Positions 28,901 through 43,247 of a stretch of 64,000 bases of DNA are shown here, one piece after another. Made by a program: the position numbers and the translations under genes. Source of the stretch: Octopus bimaculoides (taxonomy: Eukaryota); NCBI RefSeq assembly GCF_001194135.2, contig NC_068996.1, positions 13,825,715-13,889,714 of the forward strand, read 5' to 3'. The notes beneath the pieces are model-generated. The model did not search any database, was not told where the DNA came from, and saw only the letters and a list, made by a program, of their open reading frames with translations. The stretch's first letter is position 1. Every line of letters starts with the position of its first letter.

Positions 28901-30133
28901 CGCTCCTCCTAGGGAAAGTGGGTGGAGAGAATTTGAGGTTAGATGTGTTTACAAGAAATTTATATTTTCATTGAATTTGATAAGAAATAATGAAACTAGT
29001 TATTGCTATTTGGATATTACGCTAAATTTTATGCAATTTTCGATCACTGGTTCGAGACTTCCAGTGTTATGAGGAGTGTGGAATCACATATTAGCTGCTA
29101 TTTTTCCCAGGTTCACTCTGACCTTAAGTAGTAGTACTTGTCAGGCTCCTAGCCATCTAAATTAATAAGACAGTCGGGTAGATGAAACTTGTTAGCTTAT
29201 GGGAGAGTAACCCATCGAGGGGAAGGGAAACTGTTGTGTCGACGCCCCCAAGCGAAGAAGTAGGATTGCCCAAGATATATAAATAAAGGTAGTCTGACAG
29301 TGGTAGAGGGTTGAGTGACTGTTGCGTAAGAGTTGAGTAGCCGTTGAATAGCCGTCGAGTAGCGGTTCAGTAGAGATCATCCTGAGGAAACATTGGAAAT
29401 CGGAGTTCCTGATGCAATTCTATTTGTTGTGCAATATCGTTCTGGTAACTCCTGCGTAGACGCTAGTGCGAAGTTGTTAAGCTTTCACTGTTCCTTTGGA
29501 TCATTTGGTGACATGTAGAGGGGGAACACACAGCATAGCATAGGCAAAACCATATCCTCTATAACATGGTGGTCAGGTTTTGATCCTCTTGAACACCTTA
29601 TTCTATAGAGATAGAACCTCAAACAACACCGAGGCAGCCCACAAATGCAGCTCGTACGGCAGGGACTTACATTCGCGCATCGTACCGTTCAGCCACAAGC
29701 AGAACTATTCCAGCGGTAATAACAACTAGAATATTCGCCCAATATCATTAATAACAGGCAGATATCTTATTTATCTATCATTGTTTCATATATATACATA
29801 CACAATACCTCTTTGTTTGCTCGTAACATTCAGAAAAGTAGAAACTTTTAAAATAAGCTTTTCTACAAACAATTTTCAGACGGTGTACTTTACGATAATA
29901 TTGAAAGTTAACGTAAAAAGAATTAGTGGTTGTGCACACATACACAGTGACACACATCATATAATTGTTTCAAAATTTAAATTTTTATTTTGTAGATGTA
30001 TATCTGTTCTATACTTGCATGATTGTTTTCAGAATCTTAGAATATTGTTTCAGACGTTCTAAGTAATATAAATATTTTTTTCATTAGTCTTATGTTCCTT
30101 TGGTGGCGGGAAAAAGCTGAGAATGTGTATCCT

Positions 30134-31283
30134 TTGAGGTTGTGTCAAAAGTGTTTTCGGATTTTCATACGTGGTTTTTGACACAACTTATTTTCCAAAT
30201 ATTGCTGAAGTATGTATTTCTTATTTTCACATAACAAATAAACATTAATTCTGTGTTCTTTACTTTGCAGCTTTCATAATGTATAGTGAAAAATTGCAAT
30301 TAGATCCATGCAACTTGTAGAAGAGGTTGAGTGCAAGGACAGCGTCAAAAGAAATAAATGATGTAGAAAGCCTATGAACTGCAAATGAATGGGTGGCACA
30401 AAATTGCATGATATTTCAAGAACGGGGACCCGAATCTTGAAGACGAAGCATGGTCAGTGAGACTTTCTGTTGTAGAAGACAAGACCTAACCTTGAAACGG
30501 TTGAACAAGCACAAGCACTAATATATGGTAAGCCGAACTTGGTCCTTCACAAAGCATCATCAATAAACACTTCCGTAAGCAAGATCTTGTGAACAGACTC
30601 TATTGAGAAGCTCCTCATGAGCTGACCAATGACCAGGCTCAGCGATGTATGAACATTTTCGGATAACCACAAGCAAATCCCCACCCTCCCGGCTGTTGGC
30701 GTCGAATTTCAACAGGGTTTTTAAATAGATATATTTTCGTAATCCTAGCAAAAGAAATTAATGGCTTCGTTCCAGCAAAGCTTCAGAATCATTTGTCTTG
30801 CAAAGGTTGCTTTAGCAGAAGGTTATGTTGTGTGTTTGGTTGAACGCTAACCTTTATACTCAACAACTGCAGCGAGTATATAAAGCCTGCTACCCGTCAT
30901 AGGTTAAACGAAGACGGGCAAGCGTACAGTATGACAATGCCCCAGTACGCTTGCTAATGTAACTAAGCGCAAACCTGAGAAACTTAAAGACCTACAATTG
31001 CTGCCTTGCGCTGCCTACAATCCAGAACTTGCACCATCGGATTATTACTTTTTCCGAGCTATAGCTCATTGCCTGCAAAGACAAAAGTTCAACAACGTAG
31101 ATAAGGATGAAGGGAATGTTTTGCCACTAAACAAGCTTAAGAACCGAGCTGCTGACAAAATGTTGTCAACAGAGAATACAATCTGACGGGTTATATTTTG
31201 ATGGATAAACGCTTCTCGCATATAACTTCTTCGAACTATTAATTAAAACTTGAAATATGAAAAACCTTTGACTCAACTTAATA
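30134..31283 (+). mobile_element. Decayed mariner DNA transposon
   Basis: Remnant motifs PHELT, KVMLCVW, DNAP and LPCAAYNPELAPSDYYFF (YSPDLAPSD-like). Imperfect TIRs at ~30134-30167 and ~31251-31283. Confidence 0.85.
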
Positions 31284-32078
31284 CATGATGCCTAGGCTCG
31301 AGGGAAACAGGACAAGTAAAGGATTGATTAAAGCAAGGCGATCTATCCATTATATCTGAAAAATATATGTAAATCTTCATATTAAGACATACAGTCATAG
31401 CAAATTTATCTATTTCTCCGTAGAATGAAAAATATGATGAACATGCTTAATCGGTTTCGAACCTTACTGGGGTGTCATAAGAGGTATCAACATCACTTTA
31501 GGAATCCCAGAGAAACAAACCGTCAGTCTATTCAATAAATCCAGTTGCATCAAAGAATTCGAGCTGCTCAACTTGCATAAGGTAAGTGCTAAACATTTTA
31601 TTTCTATCGGTGGCCAGTCAACAGGGATCTCATATCACACATTATCAAGGTATGATATAATATATGTAAGCCTACCTAGTAGACATAGGAATATGGCAAA
31701 TTTAACTAGTTGTCCGTGAGCAAATTTCGTGATTTCGTTTGTAATTTTTTTATTCTATCCAGACGGATAATAAAATAGAAAATGAAATATATATACACGA
31801 AAACAGAATATAATAATAAAAAAAAAGAAATGATATAGAAATGACAATATATCAAGACTAGAAATCACAGAGGATAATATAGGAGTACAAACATAAAAAA
31901 TATACATAGATCAATACATCGATTATAAATCGAAGTCCTTTCATATGCTCTCGTCTTCCAAAGAGTGTGATAGTATTAAGCCACATTTTCTCTCACATTT
32001 TCTGATATGTTTTTGTAATTTTTGGTATTTTCGAGCTGTCTCCTGGTGGAAAAAAAACAACTCACATCTATGAGCAAG

Positions 32079-32186
<108 letters not shown>

Positions 32187-32311
32187 CGCACATACTCAAA
32201 TACACACACACACCCAAACACACACACACACGCACACACGTGCACACACACACTCACACACATATATACATAGCTAAATGTCTATTATATATGCATTGAT
32301 ATGTGTGTGCA

Positions 32312-32355
<44 letters not shown>

Positions 32356-32745
32356 GTAGTATGCATGTATGCAGAGGCCTAAGCATATGTACATACATAA
32401 TATACATAGTATACATATACAAACACATATACACATATATCCACACGTATATGCAGACATATATATATGTATTCATATATATATGTATACATATATATAT
32501 ACATATATATATATGCAGATATATGTATACATATATATAAATATGTATATACACACATATTTATACATATATATATACACACAAATATATATATACATAC
32601 ATGCACACATGTACGTATTCCTATACATACATATATGCGCACATATATGTTTACATATATATACATATACGCATACATATAGATATACATATATACACAT
32701 GCATACATATGTACATAATATATACATATATATACATATATATAC

Positions 32746-32784
<39 letters not shown>

Positions 32785-34764
32785 NNNNNNNNNNNNNNNN
32801 NNNNNNNNNNNNNNNNNNNNNNNNNNNNNNNNNNNNNNNNNNNNNNNNNNNNNNNNNNNNNNNNNNNNNNNNNNNNNNNNNNNNNNNNNNNNNNNNNNNN
32901 NNNNNNNNNNNNNNNNNNNNNNNNNNNNNNNNNNNNNNNNNNNNNNNNNNNNNNNNNNNNNNNNNNNNNNNNNNNNNNNNNNNNNNNNNNNNNNNNNNNN
33001 NNNNNNNNNNNNNNNNNNNNNNNNNNNNNNNNNNNNNNNNNNNNNNNNNNNNNNNNNNNNNNNNNNNNNNNNNNNNNNNNNNNNNNNNNNNNNNNNNNNN
33101 NNNNNNNNNNNNNNNNNNNNNNNNNNNNNNNNNNNNNNNNNNNNNNNNNNNNNNNNNNNNNNNNNNNNNNNNNNNNNNNNNNNNNNNNNNNNNNNNNNNN
33201 NNNNNNNNNNNNNNNNNNNNNNNNNNNNNNNNNNNNNNNNNNNNNNNNNNNNNNNNNNNNNNNNNNNNNNNNNNNNNNNNNNNNNNNNNNNNNNNNNATA
33301 TATATATATATATATATAGTTTCTGTCTACGAATGTACTCCTCACAAAGCTTTGATCGGCCTATGGGATTTATAGACACCTACCCAAGGTACCATACTGT
33401 AGTAGGACTGAAATGGCAACCAAGTTATTGGAAAGTAAGCCTTTTACCCCGGCACTTATAATCGCATACAGGCTGGCACACACATACACATACACAAATA
33501 CACACGCACTTACACATACAGATCCATACTCGCAAGTAGAATAAGATGTGGTGCGTTATTATTTGGTGTAACTATGATGAGTTAGCTTTTTTATCTGCAT
33601 TCATTTGTCAATATACAAGTTTATTAAGGCGGCCAGCTAACAGAAACGTTACCCCGCCGGGCGAAATGCTTAGCAGTATTTCGTCTGCCGTTACGTTCTG
33701 AGTTCAAAGTCCGCCGTTACGTTCTGAGTCGAAATTTTCGGGGTCGATAAATTAAGTACTAGTTACGTTCTGGGTTCGATGTAATTGACTTAATCCCTTC
33801 GTCTGTCCTTCTTTGTCCCCTCTATGTTTAGCCCCTTGTGGGCAATAAACGAAGAAGAAACGTTAGCACGCCGGACGAAATGCTTAGCAGTATTTCGTCT
33901 GTCTTTACGTTCTGAGTTCAAATTCCACCGACGCCGACTTTACCTTTCATCTTCTCGCGGTCGATAAATTAAGTACCAGTTGTGAACTGGGATCGATCGA
34001 ATCGACTGGGCACCTCACCAAAAATTTCGGGCCTTGTGCCTAGAGTAGAAAAGAATATACAAGTTTATTGTATAAAACTGAACCTATTTACTAATGCAAA
34101 CATGAACGCATTCCTTGTGTACTGAAATTAATACTATACGAAGAAGGTTGCGAAACGGCCGTAATCCTATGGAAGTCACGTGGTTAAATAAATAAATAAA
34201 TAAATATATATATATTCACTTCTCATACCTCCTGATTTTATTGTTCAATGCTACACGCACACACACACACATGCACGCACACACACACACGCACGCACAC
34301 ACACACACATACAAACACACGCACACATACATTCATATACATACTTACAAACACAATCATACACACATTTATATGTATATATCTGTATGTGTGTTTATGT
34401 ACGTGGAACCTCACACCGTGGTAAACTGCCAAAAATCGTGATTAAAAAGACGTTAGCATAACAGTATCCAAACCTAACTGCTACTTCGTTTGGGGCTTAA
34501 AGCTTGACAAGAAATCGATAGATAGGTTTTCGTCATATAAGAGGGAAAAATCGATATAATCGATACACAGGTAAGACAAGACAATCTGCAACTAGCAAGG
34601 AGAGCATGAAACCTAATGTCTCTCTCTGCCTGTGAGGCTGTTTGCCTCCAGGTATATTTATTACAATATGTTCGTATATAATGTATGTATATGTACATGT
34701 GTATGTATGTACGAATGAATAAGCGTTTGTATGCATGAACAGATGCATTTTCGAATATGCATTT

Positions 34765-34810
<46 letters not shown>

Positions 34811-35529
34811 CATGTACAAGTGTGTGCGTGTCTGTGTATGAATGTGTGTATGTATGCGTGTGTTTATGTGTGTATGTGTATGCAAGTATATTATGTATGT
34901 ATATATGTTTGTAGTTATCTATTTTATATACATATATGTGTGTGCGTGGTGTGTATCTGTATGTCTATGAATATGTCTATGTATGTTCATAACATTTTGT
35001 TATATTATTTATATCTATATGTATATTTATTCTATATGTATCTCGCCCCTCCCTCTCTTTCTACCCACATTCACACATACACTGACATATATACGTACAT
35101 ACATATATACGTACATACATACGTGCGTATATACAGTAATAGTTCACTTGTGGTTGCTCTCGTCCCTTTCATTCTAACACTAATCCTACAAACACCCAAG
35201 AAACAATCGAGAAAATATATTTCCACCCGGTTCAATCTAATGATCCAGTTCCATCTATTAGTTTGTTTGATTCATTGGACTGCAGCTATTGTGTAGCTCT
35301 ACCTTGAAGTGTTTAATTAAACCAATTGACTTTAATTAAACCAATTATATATTTTTTTACGCTCTCTTTACGCAAACCGCTAAATTATGAGGATGTAAAA
35401 AAGTTCTCATCTCCTTTCTAGGAGGTTTCAGTAAAGAAATTAAACATCGAGAATATAGCATTAAATAATAAATGGATTTTATTATTTTTAAATCGTACAC
35501 TGCGTTATCGAAATTCTTAAAGCCTTACT

Positions 35530-36830
35530 ACATTTTTCACTCTTTTCATTTCTTGTTTCTATCCCTGATCGTTCATTTCTTTGCTGAAATATCCACTGTA
35601 CATATTGAGGGCTTCGTATGATGAATAGCAATAAGAAATATTGCCTCCCACTAATGCACATCTGTAGTAATGTGTTTACATAGTTTATTAATGGTGGAAT
35701 GTGCAATTATATATATGTATAATGGGAAAAAAATGTTATCTATACCATAATAGAGAAAACGGCTTAATAATTAGTTGGAATTATGTAACTCTTATTTAAG
35801 GAAAACGATTTTTAAAGTCTTTATTGTGTAGAAAATTCTTAAAAAATTCCAGTTTTGTTGTCTTGATAAAAATAATATTTTGAAGTATCTTTTCAAATAA
35901 ATGATATCTTTAACACACTGTGAGATTATATTTTCTAAACTGTCACACTGTTAGATAGGAATTATTAGTTTCATTGCCCTCTCTCTTTCTCTTTCTCTGT
36001 CTTTCTCTCTTTCCATTTCTCTCTGTCTATCTATCTTCTCCTCTCTCTTTTTTTTTACTTCATTTCTTACTTATTGCTACATTCAGTTTCTTTACTGAAA
36101 CCTCCAACGTTCGTGTTATCGTAGTTCATATGAAGAACGGGGATGAAAAAAAAGTATCTCTATGCAATTATAGTTGTGTGTTTATATAGGTCTTAATGCT
36201 AGAATGTACAAATATATATCGACGGAAAAGAAATACTATCTATATTATAATGAAGAAAGTCACTTATTAATTAGTTGGATTTATGAAACTTTCACTTTAA
36301 AAAAAGTAATTATTAGAGCCTCCATTGTGTAGGATATTCTTAAAAATTCCAATCTTAATATTTCTTATCAAAATGCGGCTTTCATATTTCTTTTCAGCTA
36401 AACGATTAATTTTAATTCACTGTGAGATACCATTTTTAAAATGCGGCATAGCCTTCTTAATGCCTTCCTGTCTTCTCTCCCTCTCTCTCTCTCTCTCTCT
36501 CTTCATTTCTTAATTGTTTCTATGTTACCGATAGTTAATTTCCTTGCTGAAACATACACTAATAGTGTTATCATAGTTCATATGATGAACGAAAATAAAC
36601 AATTATCACATCTCATCTCTGTCCATCTATACTTGCGTGTTTATATAGGTTATTAATACTAAAATGTGTAAATATATCTAGCGATAAACAAGTGTTATCT
36701 GTACTAAAATAAAGAAAGCTGCTTGCTCTTTAGTTGGAATTATACAACTTTTACTAAAAGAAAGCAGTTATTAATGTCTCGATTGTGCAGAAAATTCTTT
36801 AAAATATGAATTTTTATACAACGGAAAAGA
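35530..36830. repeat. Diverged tandem repeat, ~460-500-bp period, about 2.7 units
   Basis: The anchor ttagttgga.tat..aact...ttgtg.ag.a.attctt recurs at ~35771, ~36271 and ~36731, with a shared upstream block (gctgaaa..gttcatatga..gtgtttatatagg). Confidence 0.75.
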
Positions 36831-37059
36831 AAACAACTTATACAACCAAATGTGTTAGAATATTGTGTAATACAGTTTATAGATACACTGACCTAAGAAG
36901 AGATCCTGAAACGATGAAAGGCAAAGTCGACTACTTCGTTATCTTAACTCAGAAGACAGAGCAGGAAGAAATGTTTAGCAACGTTTTCTCTGCCACGGTA
37001 AGGATTCAACTAGCTCGCTGCCATTTTTAATAATAATAATAATAATAATAATAGTAATA

Positions 37060-37124
<65 letters not shown>

Positions 37125-37206
37125 AGATAACACTAGATATCAAATGGCACTCTTCTTTTAATTTTGACTCTATATCTTCAGGAGGAGTTACCTCAATCCT
37201 TTCTAT

Positions 37207-37308
<102 letters not shown>

Positions 37309-37569
37309 CCCTTCTATTAAAGCACAAGACCTGATATTTTGGGACAAGAAAAAAGAGGTAAGTCAGCAGGGATAGACTCATTACTTGCTTACCACCACTA
37401 TGTGGAACTATTAACCGATCTTATAGCATATGAAATATTTAATATTCTGAAAAAGGGGAATTTATTGCCGAAATGAACAAAAAGGATGTTGGAAGAAATC
37501 AAGTGGAACTGCTGATCTACTCATACTCATATACATGGAGGAATATTAAACGAGGTACGAGTAAGAAAG

Positions 37570-37900
37570 AAAAAATTAAATGCTACATGAATATACATTG
37601 AATCCAAGTATGGATTTTGATGTGAAGTCACAATAAGGATACTGATGGTTTTGATTTTGCTTGGGATTTGACAAATATGTTTGTTGATTGCAGGACATGG
37701 TTCTTTTATGGTTCTTTTTCTTCAACACAAATTGTTTAGATGCATCATGACACATTTTACACCACTTAGATCTATCTAAGCAATAACTTTCCCAAGATGT
37801 CAGATTAAGCTGTAGGGATTTTAATGATTGTTTCAAATTACCCTTATACCTAAGGATGGGGCTTCCTTTATCACGGAACCCCTCTACTTGTTATCCATAG
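37570..37900 (-). mobile_element. RTE (BovB-like) LINE 3' fragment
   Basis: GFRDKGSPILRYKGNLKQSLKS..SWESYCLDRSKWCKMC, followed by a C-terminal C2H2-like remnant. Confidence 0.7.
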
Positions 37901-37943
37901 AATGTTTGAAATGCAATTATCTTGCATTCAAATTCTCAGCAGC

Positions 37944-38036
<93 letters not shown>

Positions 38037-38043
38037 GTAGTAA

Positions 38044-38086
<43 letters not shown>

Positions 38087-38221
38087 AATATGAGGGTTCT
38101 AAGAACATGAAAGACTGCCAAAAATGTGTGAACACCTAAGGTTATTGGAGGAGGTAACCCGCTACCCACAAAAATTCTGCTAGTAATAAGACCAAACCTG
38201 AGCTTTGTTTCTATAATAATG

Positions 38222-38292
<71 letters not shown>

Positions 38293-38294
<2 letters not shown>

Positions 38295-38378
38295 GTGAAC
38301 CATCTTCTTATATTCAATGTGTATCAACTTACATATTATTATTATTATTATTATAAGCACGTTATAAAAATAAAACTA

Positions 38379-38409
<31 letters not shown>

Positions 38410-38447
38410 TGTAAGTTGATACACATTGAATATAAGATGGTTCACTT
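38293..38447. repeat. Near-perfect hairpin starting 8 nt after the exon C splice donor
   Basis: 38293-38354 versus 38382-38447, perfect except for a 3-nt bulge; the inner part is (ATT)n/(AAT)n. Confidence 0.9.
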
Positions 38448-38455
38448 TTACTTAC

Positions 38456-38585
38456 TTTTTTGTGATTTCCTTCTGTTTGTTGTTAAACTGTTTCTCCGTG
38501 TCAAAACCACATCTAACCGGTGCACTCGTCCAGGAATCACACGGAACGGTTGAGAAAGGTAATCCCTAAATCCCCGTGCTTTTAC
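38456..38585 (-). CDS. CPM: M14B carboxypeptidase exon, end of transthyretin-like domain plus basic linker (VKARGF...RVHRLDVVL...RRKSQK), 130 nt
   Basis: Not in the ORF track; translated by hand. Acceptor gttgttgttacag, donor AAA A|gtaagt. V-x-A-x-G-F...V...LDVxL matches the end of the M14B beta-sandwich. Confidence 0.9.
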
Positions 38586-40041
38586 CTGTAACAACAACAA
38601 CAGCAAAGTCAATACCTGATTTATATTTTTTGTCTTTTATTTGCTGCAGTTATTGGACTGCCGCCATGCAAGGACACCGCTTCGGAATAGTTTAGACTAA
38701 CGTTTTAACCTTTTTAAGATAACATTTTAAAGCCTGATACTTATGGCGAATCACTAAGTTATTCGTACGTAAACTAATTGACACCTCTTTTCAAGATGTG
38801 GTTGGGGGATAGAAACAAACTTAAAGACACACACAGTTTAGGTTACAGGGGATACCTAATTGATCAAGACATGTAAACGTGAAGCACACCGTAAATTAAA
38901 TAGTCACTATAACACAAAACAGACAGTTAAATAATCCATATTTTAGAACGAAATGCATCAGTGTGGGAAGTTCACAATTGTGGGAAGTTCACAATTGTGG
39001 GAAGTCCACAGATCCAACAGTATCCAAAATTATCGAACGATGTATGGAAACTTAAGTCTGTCGTAAAAATACATTAAATACAGACGGATGGATCATCTGG
39101 TATTGCTAAAATTGTTTCATTACGAGTTTCTATTGTGACATAAACCTAATGCAATTAGTTAGAGTAATATGTTGCATAACTCCCAACTCATCAGGCCATC
39201 AAATAAACAAGTGAACTGTGGCTTGTTGATTAATGAATAGATCATCAACAAGTGAAATTTCTAGTTAGAAATAGCAACCTTTTAGAAATTTAAGATGAAT
39301 GAGTGTTCCATCTGCCAATCTAGACGGGATGAATAGTGGAATAAGGTCGTAAATATTACTCAAGGTTATCAATATCCTGAAGAAATCGTTAAGCTTAGCA
39401 CCTACGCCAGCAAAGGCCAAACAGTGACAGAATATACTTGAATACAGCAGATAGTAGACGCCAAAGATGACATTTAATTCTATCAAAACATGTTCATATC
39501 CGCTGCCAATATTGCTCTAAAAAATCATTTATTGTGCTAAATTACTTTAAATGCAGTTGTACTTCTTCATCCTTTTAGATAATTTTGATGAATGCGTTGT
39601 AGAAGAAAATTATCGAACTCATAGAATAATGACATTATTTAATGAAAATCCAGCCAAGTTATAATACAAGGTGTATAATTTAGGGCAGAACAACTCATCA
39701 CCTAAATTCTGTGCGAAATTTTGGAGTTGAGGGAGGGGAAAGAAAGTCTGAAAAGTAAAAGAAGTAACAGAATCAAAATATGATGAATCAAATAGAGAGA
39801 AAAAGTTAGAGAGAAAGTGGTCCGTGCGCATCTAGCAAATCAAATCACAGGAATTTCCTCGCCCAGGTGTAGAAGGCACATACATGAGGTGTCACGAAGT
39901 GAGTCTGAAGCTGAAATCTTGTGATTGAGGAGCAAACTTGTTTCATGACAGTCACATTTCTTCCTGAAAAGGATGCTTGCAACACGATCGTTTCCAAAAA
40001 GGGCATCTGTCTAAGTACTAACAAGGATCCTCAAAGCAATA

Positions 40042-40930
40042 TCATACACCATACTAACACTACTATACACCATACTAACACCAGCACTATCATACACCAC
40101 ACCAATACTACCATACATCACNNNNNNNNNNNNNNNNNNNNNNNNNNNNNNNNNNNNNNNNNNNNNNNNNNNNNNNNNNNNNNNNNNNNNNNNNNNNNNN
40201 NNNNNNNNNNNNNNNNNNNNNNNNNNNNNNNNNNNNNNNNNNNNNNNNNNNNNNNNNNNNNNNNNNNNNNNNNNNNNNNNNNNNNNNNNNNNNNNNNNNN
40301 NNNNNNNNNNNNNNNNNNNNNNNNNNNNNNNNNNNNNNNNNNNNNNNNNNNNNNNNNNNNNNNNNNNNNNNNNNNNNNNNNNNNNNNNNNNNNNNNNNNN
40401 NNNNNNNNNNNNNNNNNNNNNNNNNNNNNNNNNNNNNNNNNNNNNNNNNNNNNNNNNNNNNNNNNNNNNNNNNNNNNNNNNNNNNNNNNNNNNNNNNNNN
40501 NNNNNNNNNNNNNNNNNNNNNNNNNNNNNNNNNNNNNNNNNNNNNNNNNNNNNNNNNNNNNACTACCATACACCACACCAACACTACCATACACCACACC
40601 AACACTACCATACACCACACCAACACTACCATACACCACACCAACACTAACATACACCTCATCAACACTACCACACACCACACCAACACTAACACATACC
40701 ATACCATCATATCCTACACCAACATAACCGTACACCACACAAGCCACACTAACACTAGCGCACACCACAAAACTAAGAATTCTTGAATACACTATCTTTA
40801 CATTACAATACAGCACACTAACACTAACACTACATAATAATCACATATACCCACACTAAAACTTTCATACGCAACAACAACGTTTCTATATACCACACCA
40901 AAACCGCTATACACCACCCGAACATTACGA
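40042..40930 (+). repeat. 21-bp minisatellite (actaccatacaccacaccaac)n, interrupted by an N gap
   Basis: Clean units at 40562-40650; degenerate units on both sides. Confidence 0.9.
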
Positions 40931-41133
40931 CGTACGAAACCACTCAACCTGTGCAACATTATAACCATTATTACCATACATCACGCTGAAAGAACAGATA
41001 TTTTCCTTACTGGAAGTACTTACCTTCATATCATTTAATACATCTTTTCTCTTGATATTTTAGATTATAATTCAACTATTCACTGAAAACTGGTGTTAAT
41101 GTCTGAATAGGTGAATTCGAATATATCTCTTAC

Positions 41134-41276
41134 CTTTAATATATAGTTACCGGGTAGTAATAACCGCCAATATTCTCCAAATTTTGAGGACCGAAAAGTT
41201 ATATATCTGTCGTCAATACTAAGTTTAGCTCTGAAAACTGGGTTCCCGCTTTCATCCATAATAAGGCCTTTTACAC
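41134..41276 (-). CDS. CPM: M14B carboxypeptidase exon, start of transthyretin-like domain (GVKG...GEYWRLLLPGNYILK), 143 nt
   Basis: GVKG and GEYWRLLLPG-Y are M14B motifs. Acceptor ttttttatcttcatag, donor aag|gtaaga. Phase matches both neighbouring exons. Confidence 0.95.
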
Positions 41277-41329
41277 CTATGAAGATAAAAAAGGAAGATA
41301 TGATAAGGTTACTTTCGAATGTCACGAAC

Positions 41330-41720
41330 ATCCATCAATCCATCCGTCTTATCCGACTACTGTTCCTGGGAGGTTCATGTGGCAGTTCTTAGGTATCTGC
41401 TTTATGGGGTTCTGTCCGAAGCAACAGACTCTAGACTTTCCGGCTGAAATTCAAGTGTGATTACATAAACCTTTAGATATTTACCATTTCTCTTGTTCTC
41501 GGTTTATCCCTAGATTTCCTGCTCGTTCTAATCAAACGTCCATGGCAGCGAAGTTAAGACCTCTCTAATTGGAGAAATAACAATTGGACCTGGACAGACT
41601 CTTATCTTCGAACTATACACCTTGTCGAATAATATTACTCCGGTATCACTCCCATGAATTCCACTTAAGTCACTTGTATTCACGTTTGTTCTCTTTTGTT
41701 CGAGATATATCAATGTAAAT
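41330..41720 (-). mobile_element. RTE-type LINE 3' fragment
   Basis: GVILFDKVYSSKIR..., similar to ILFDRLYSSEIRES at ~18.3 kb. Confidence 0.5.
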
Positions 41721-42033
41721 ACAAAATGCCTTGAATTTAGCAACGTTTACAATCTTTTATTGAAATTCTTAGCTGAAGCACAAAGTATTGTAATAAATTA
41801 TTATTTAAACTTGTTCTCACAGGCGCAGATATGGCAATCGAGTATTGTTGTTTGTTAGTGAAGAAGCTCGCTTTTCCGTGACGTGATATTGTTCAGCTTC
41901 ACTGCATAGTACCTCACACAAGTATATTTTAAAATTTCACATGGTCGACCATGGCTTATGAGTGAATTTGATAGGTCGAAACTATGTGGAAGTCTGTCGT
42001 GTGCGTTTGTCACTTCTAACATTTGACCACTTA

Positions 42034-42218
42034 TGTTGGTGTGGTGTATGGTAGTGTTGGTGTTGTGTAATTTAGTGTTGGTGTGATGCATGGTAGTGTT
42101 GGTGTAGTGTATGATAGTGTTGGTGTAGCATACGGTAGTGTTGGTATGATGTATGGTAGTGTTTGGTAGTGTTTGTGTTATGTATGGTTGTATTGGTGTG
42201 GTGTATGGTAGTGTTGAT
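42034..42218 (-). repeat. The same 21-bp minisatellite in inverted orientation (about nine units)
   Basis: (gttggtgtggtgtatggtagt)n is the reverse complement of the 40-kb array. Confidence 0.9.
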
Positions 42219-43110
42219 GTGGGCAAGCCACTTATGGTGTGTGCAAGCCATTTATGTTGGCTTGTTCACGACTTCTTTCAAGGGCTGGATTAGTCAGTAA
42301 CCTAAACCCTGCGAAACATTTGTAATTACAGCAGCTTTAGCTTGCAGATTAGCTGGTGATCCAAACATTTATTGTAAAGTACATGAGGTCACAACTCAGC
42401 CAGTGATGCCCAGGAGACAGACAGGTCAAGTGTTACAACATGTGTGAACGTGCTAACAGAACGAAAGATGGTCTAGAGGATCCCCCTCGTGCATTTGATC
42501 GTGCAAGGTTTAATAAAAGCGTGGCTTCCCATTTATCTACATCTATCACCTTCTGGCAAGAAGGTGAAATCGACTCATGAAATCGTACATATACGTTCAG
42601 ACACTCAAATACATGAGTCTTTCACCTCAACATATTTTTTTACTGTAATTTTATATCTCCGCGGATTTCCTTTGGTGTAATTAAATTTACTATTGTTCTG
42701 CTCATTTTAGTATCAGATTTCAACGGTTGAAGATGTAACCAAATTTATTGCAAGATCTTCAATACCGATTTATGGCTTTACTGACACGCATCACGTTCTT
42801 GTGGACAGGAAAAGTAATTTGCAGGTTTAATAATCACCTTGAAAACTTAATTGCAAATCTCTGTACTCTATATTCTCTTCACCTCCTGAAATATCTAGAC
42901 GAAATCAGAGACTCATTGGTAGTACAGTTTAATAAATTCAAACTACAGTGGTTTACTATGTCTGATTTAGTGATGTACAAATCAATTACTTCAAAGCTAT
43001 ATGCTATAGTCATCGCAGCGGATCAATAAATTAATGCTCATGAACTGAGGCTTTTAGTTTAAAACAAAAAAATAATTAAATTATTTAAAAATATTATTAT
43101 TATTATTATC

Positions 43111-43141
<31 letters not shown>

Positions 43142-43184
43142 ATATCATCATTATCATTATTATTATTATTAGTATCATCATGAA

Positions 43185-43247
<63 letters not shown>

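Noticed and set aside
31423-31586. Plus-strand exon-like segment (ccgtag...aag|gtaagt)
   Set aside because: There are stops in all three frames and no partner exons; the region looks like a repeat tail.
41018-41090. Consensus donor GTAAGT at 41023-41018 below exon B
   Set aside because: It would need a ~50-nt intron, and the putative exon starts with TGA in frame.
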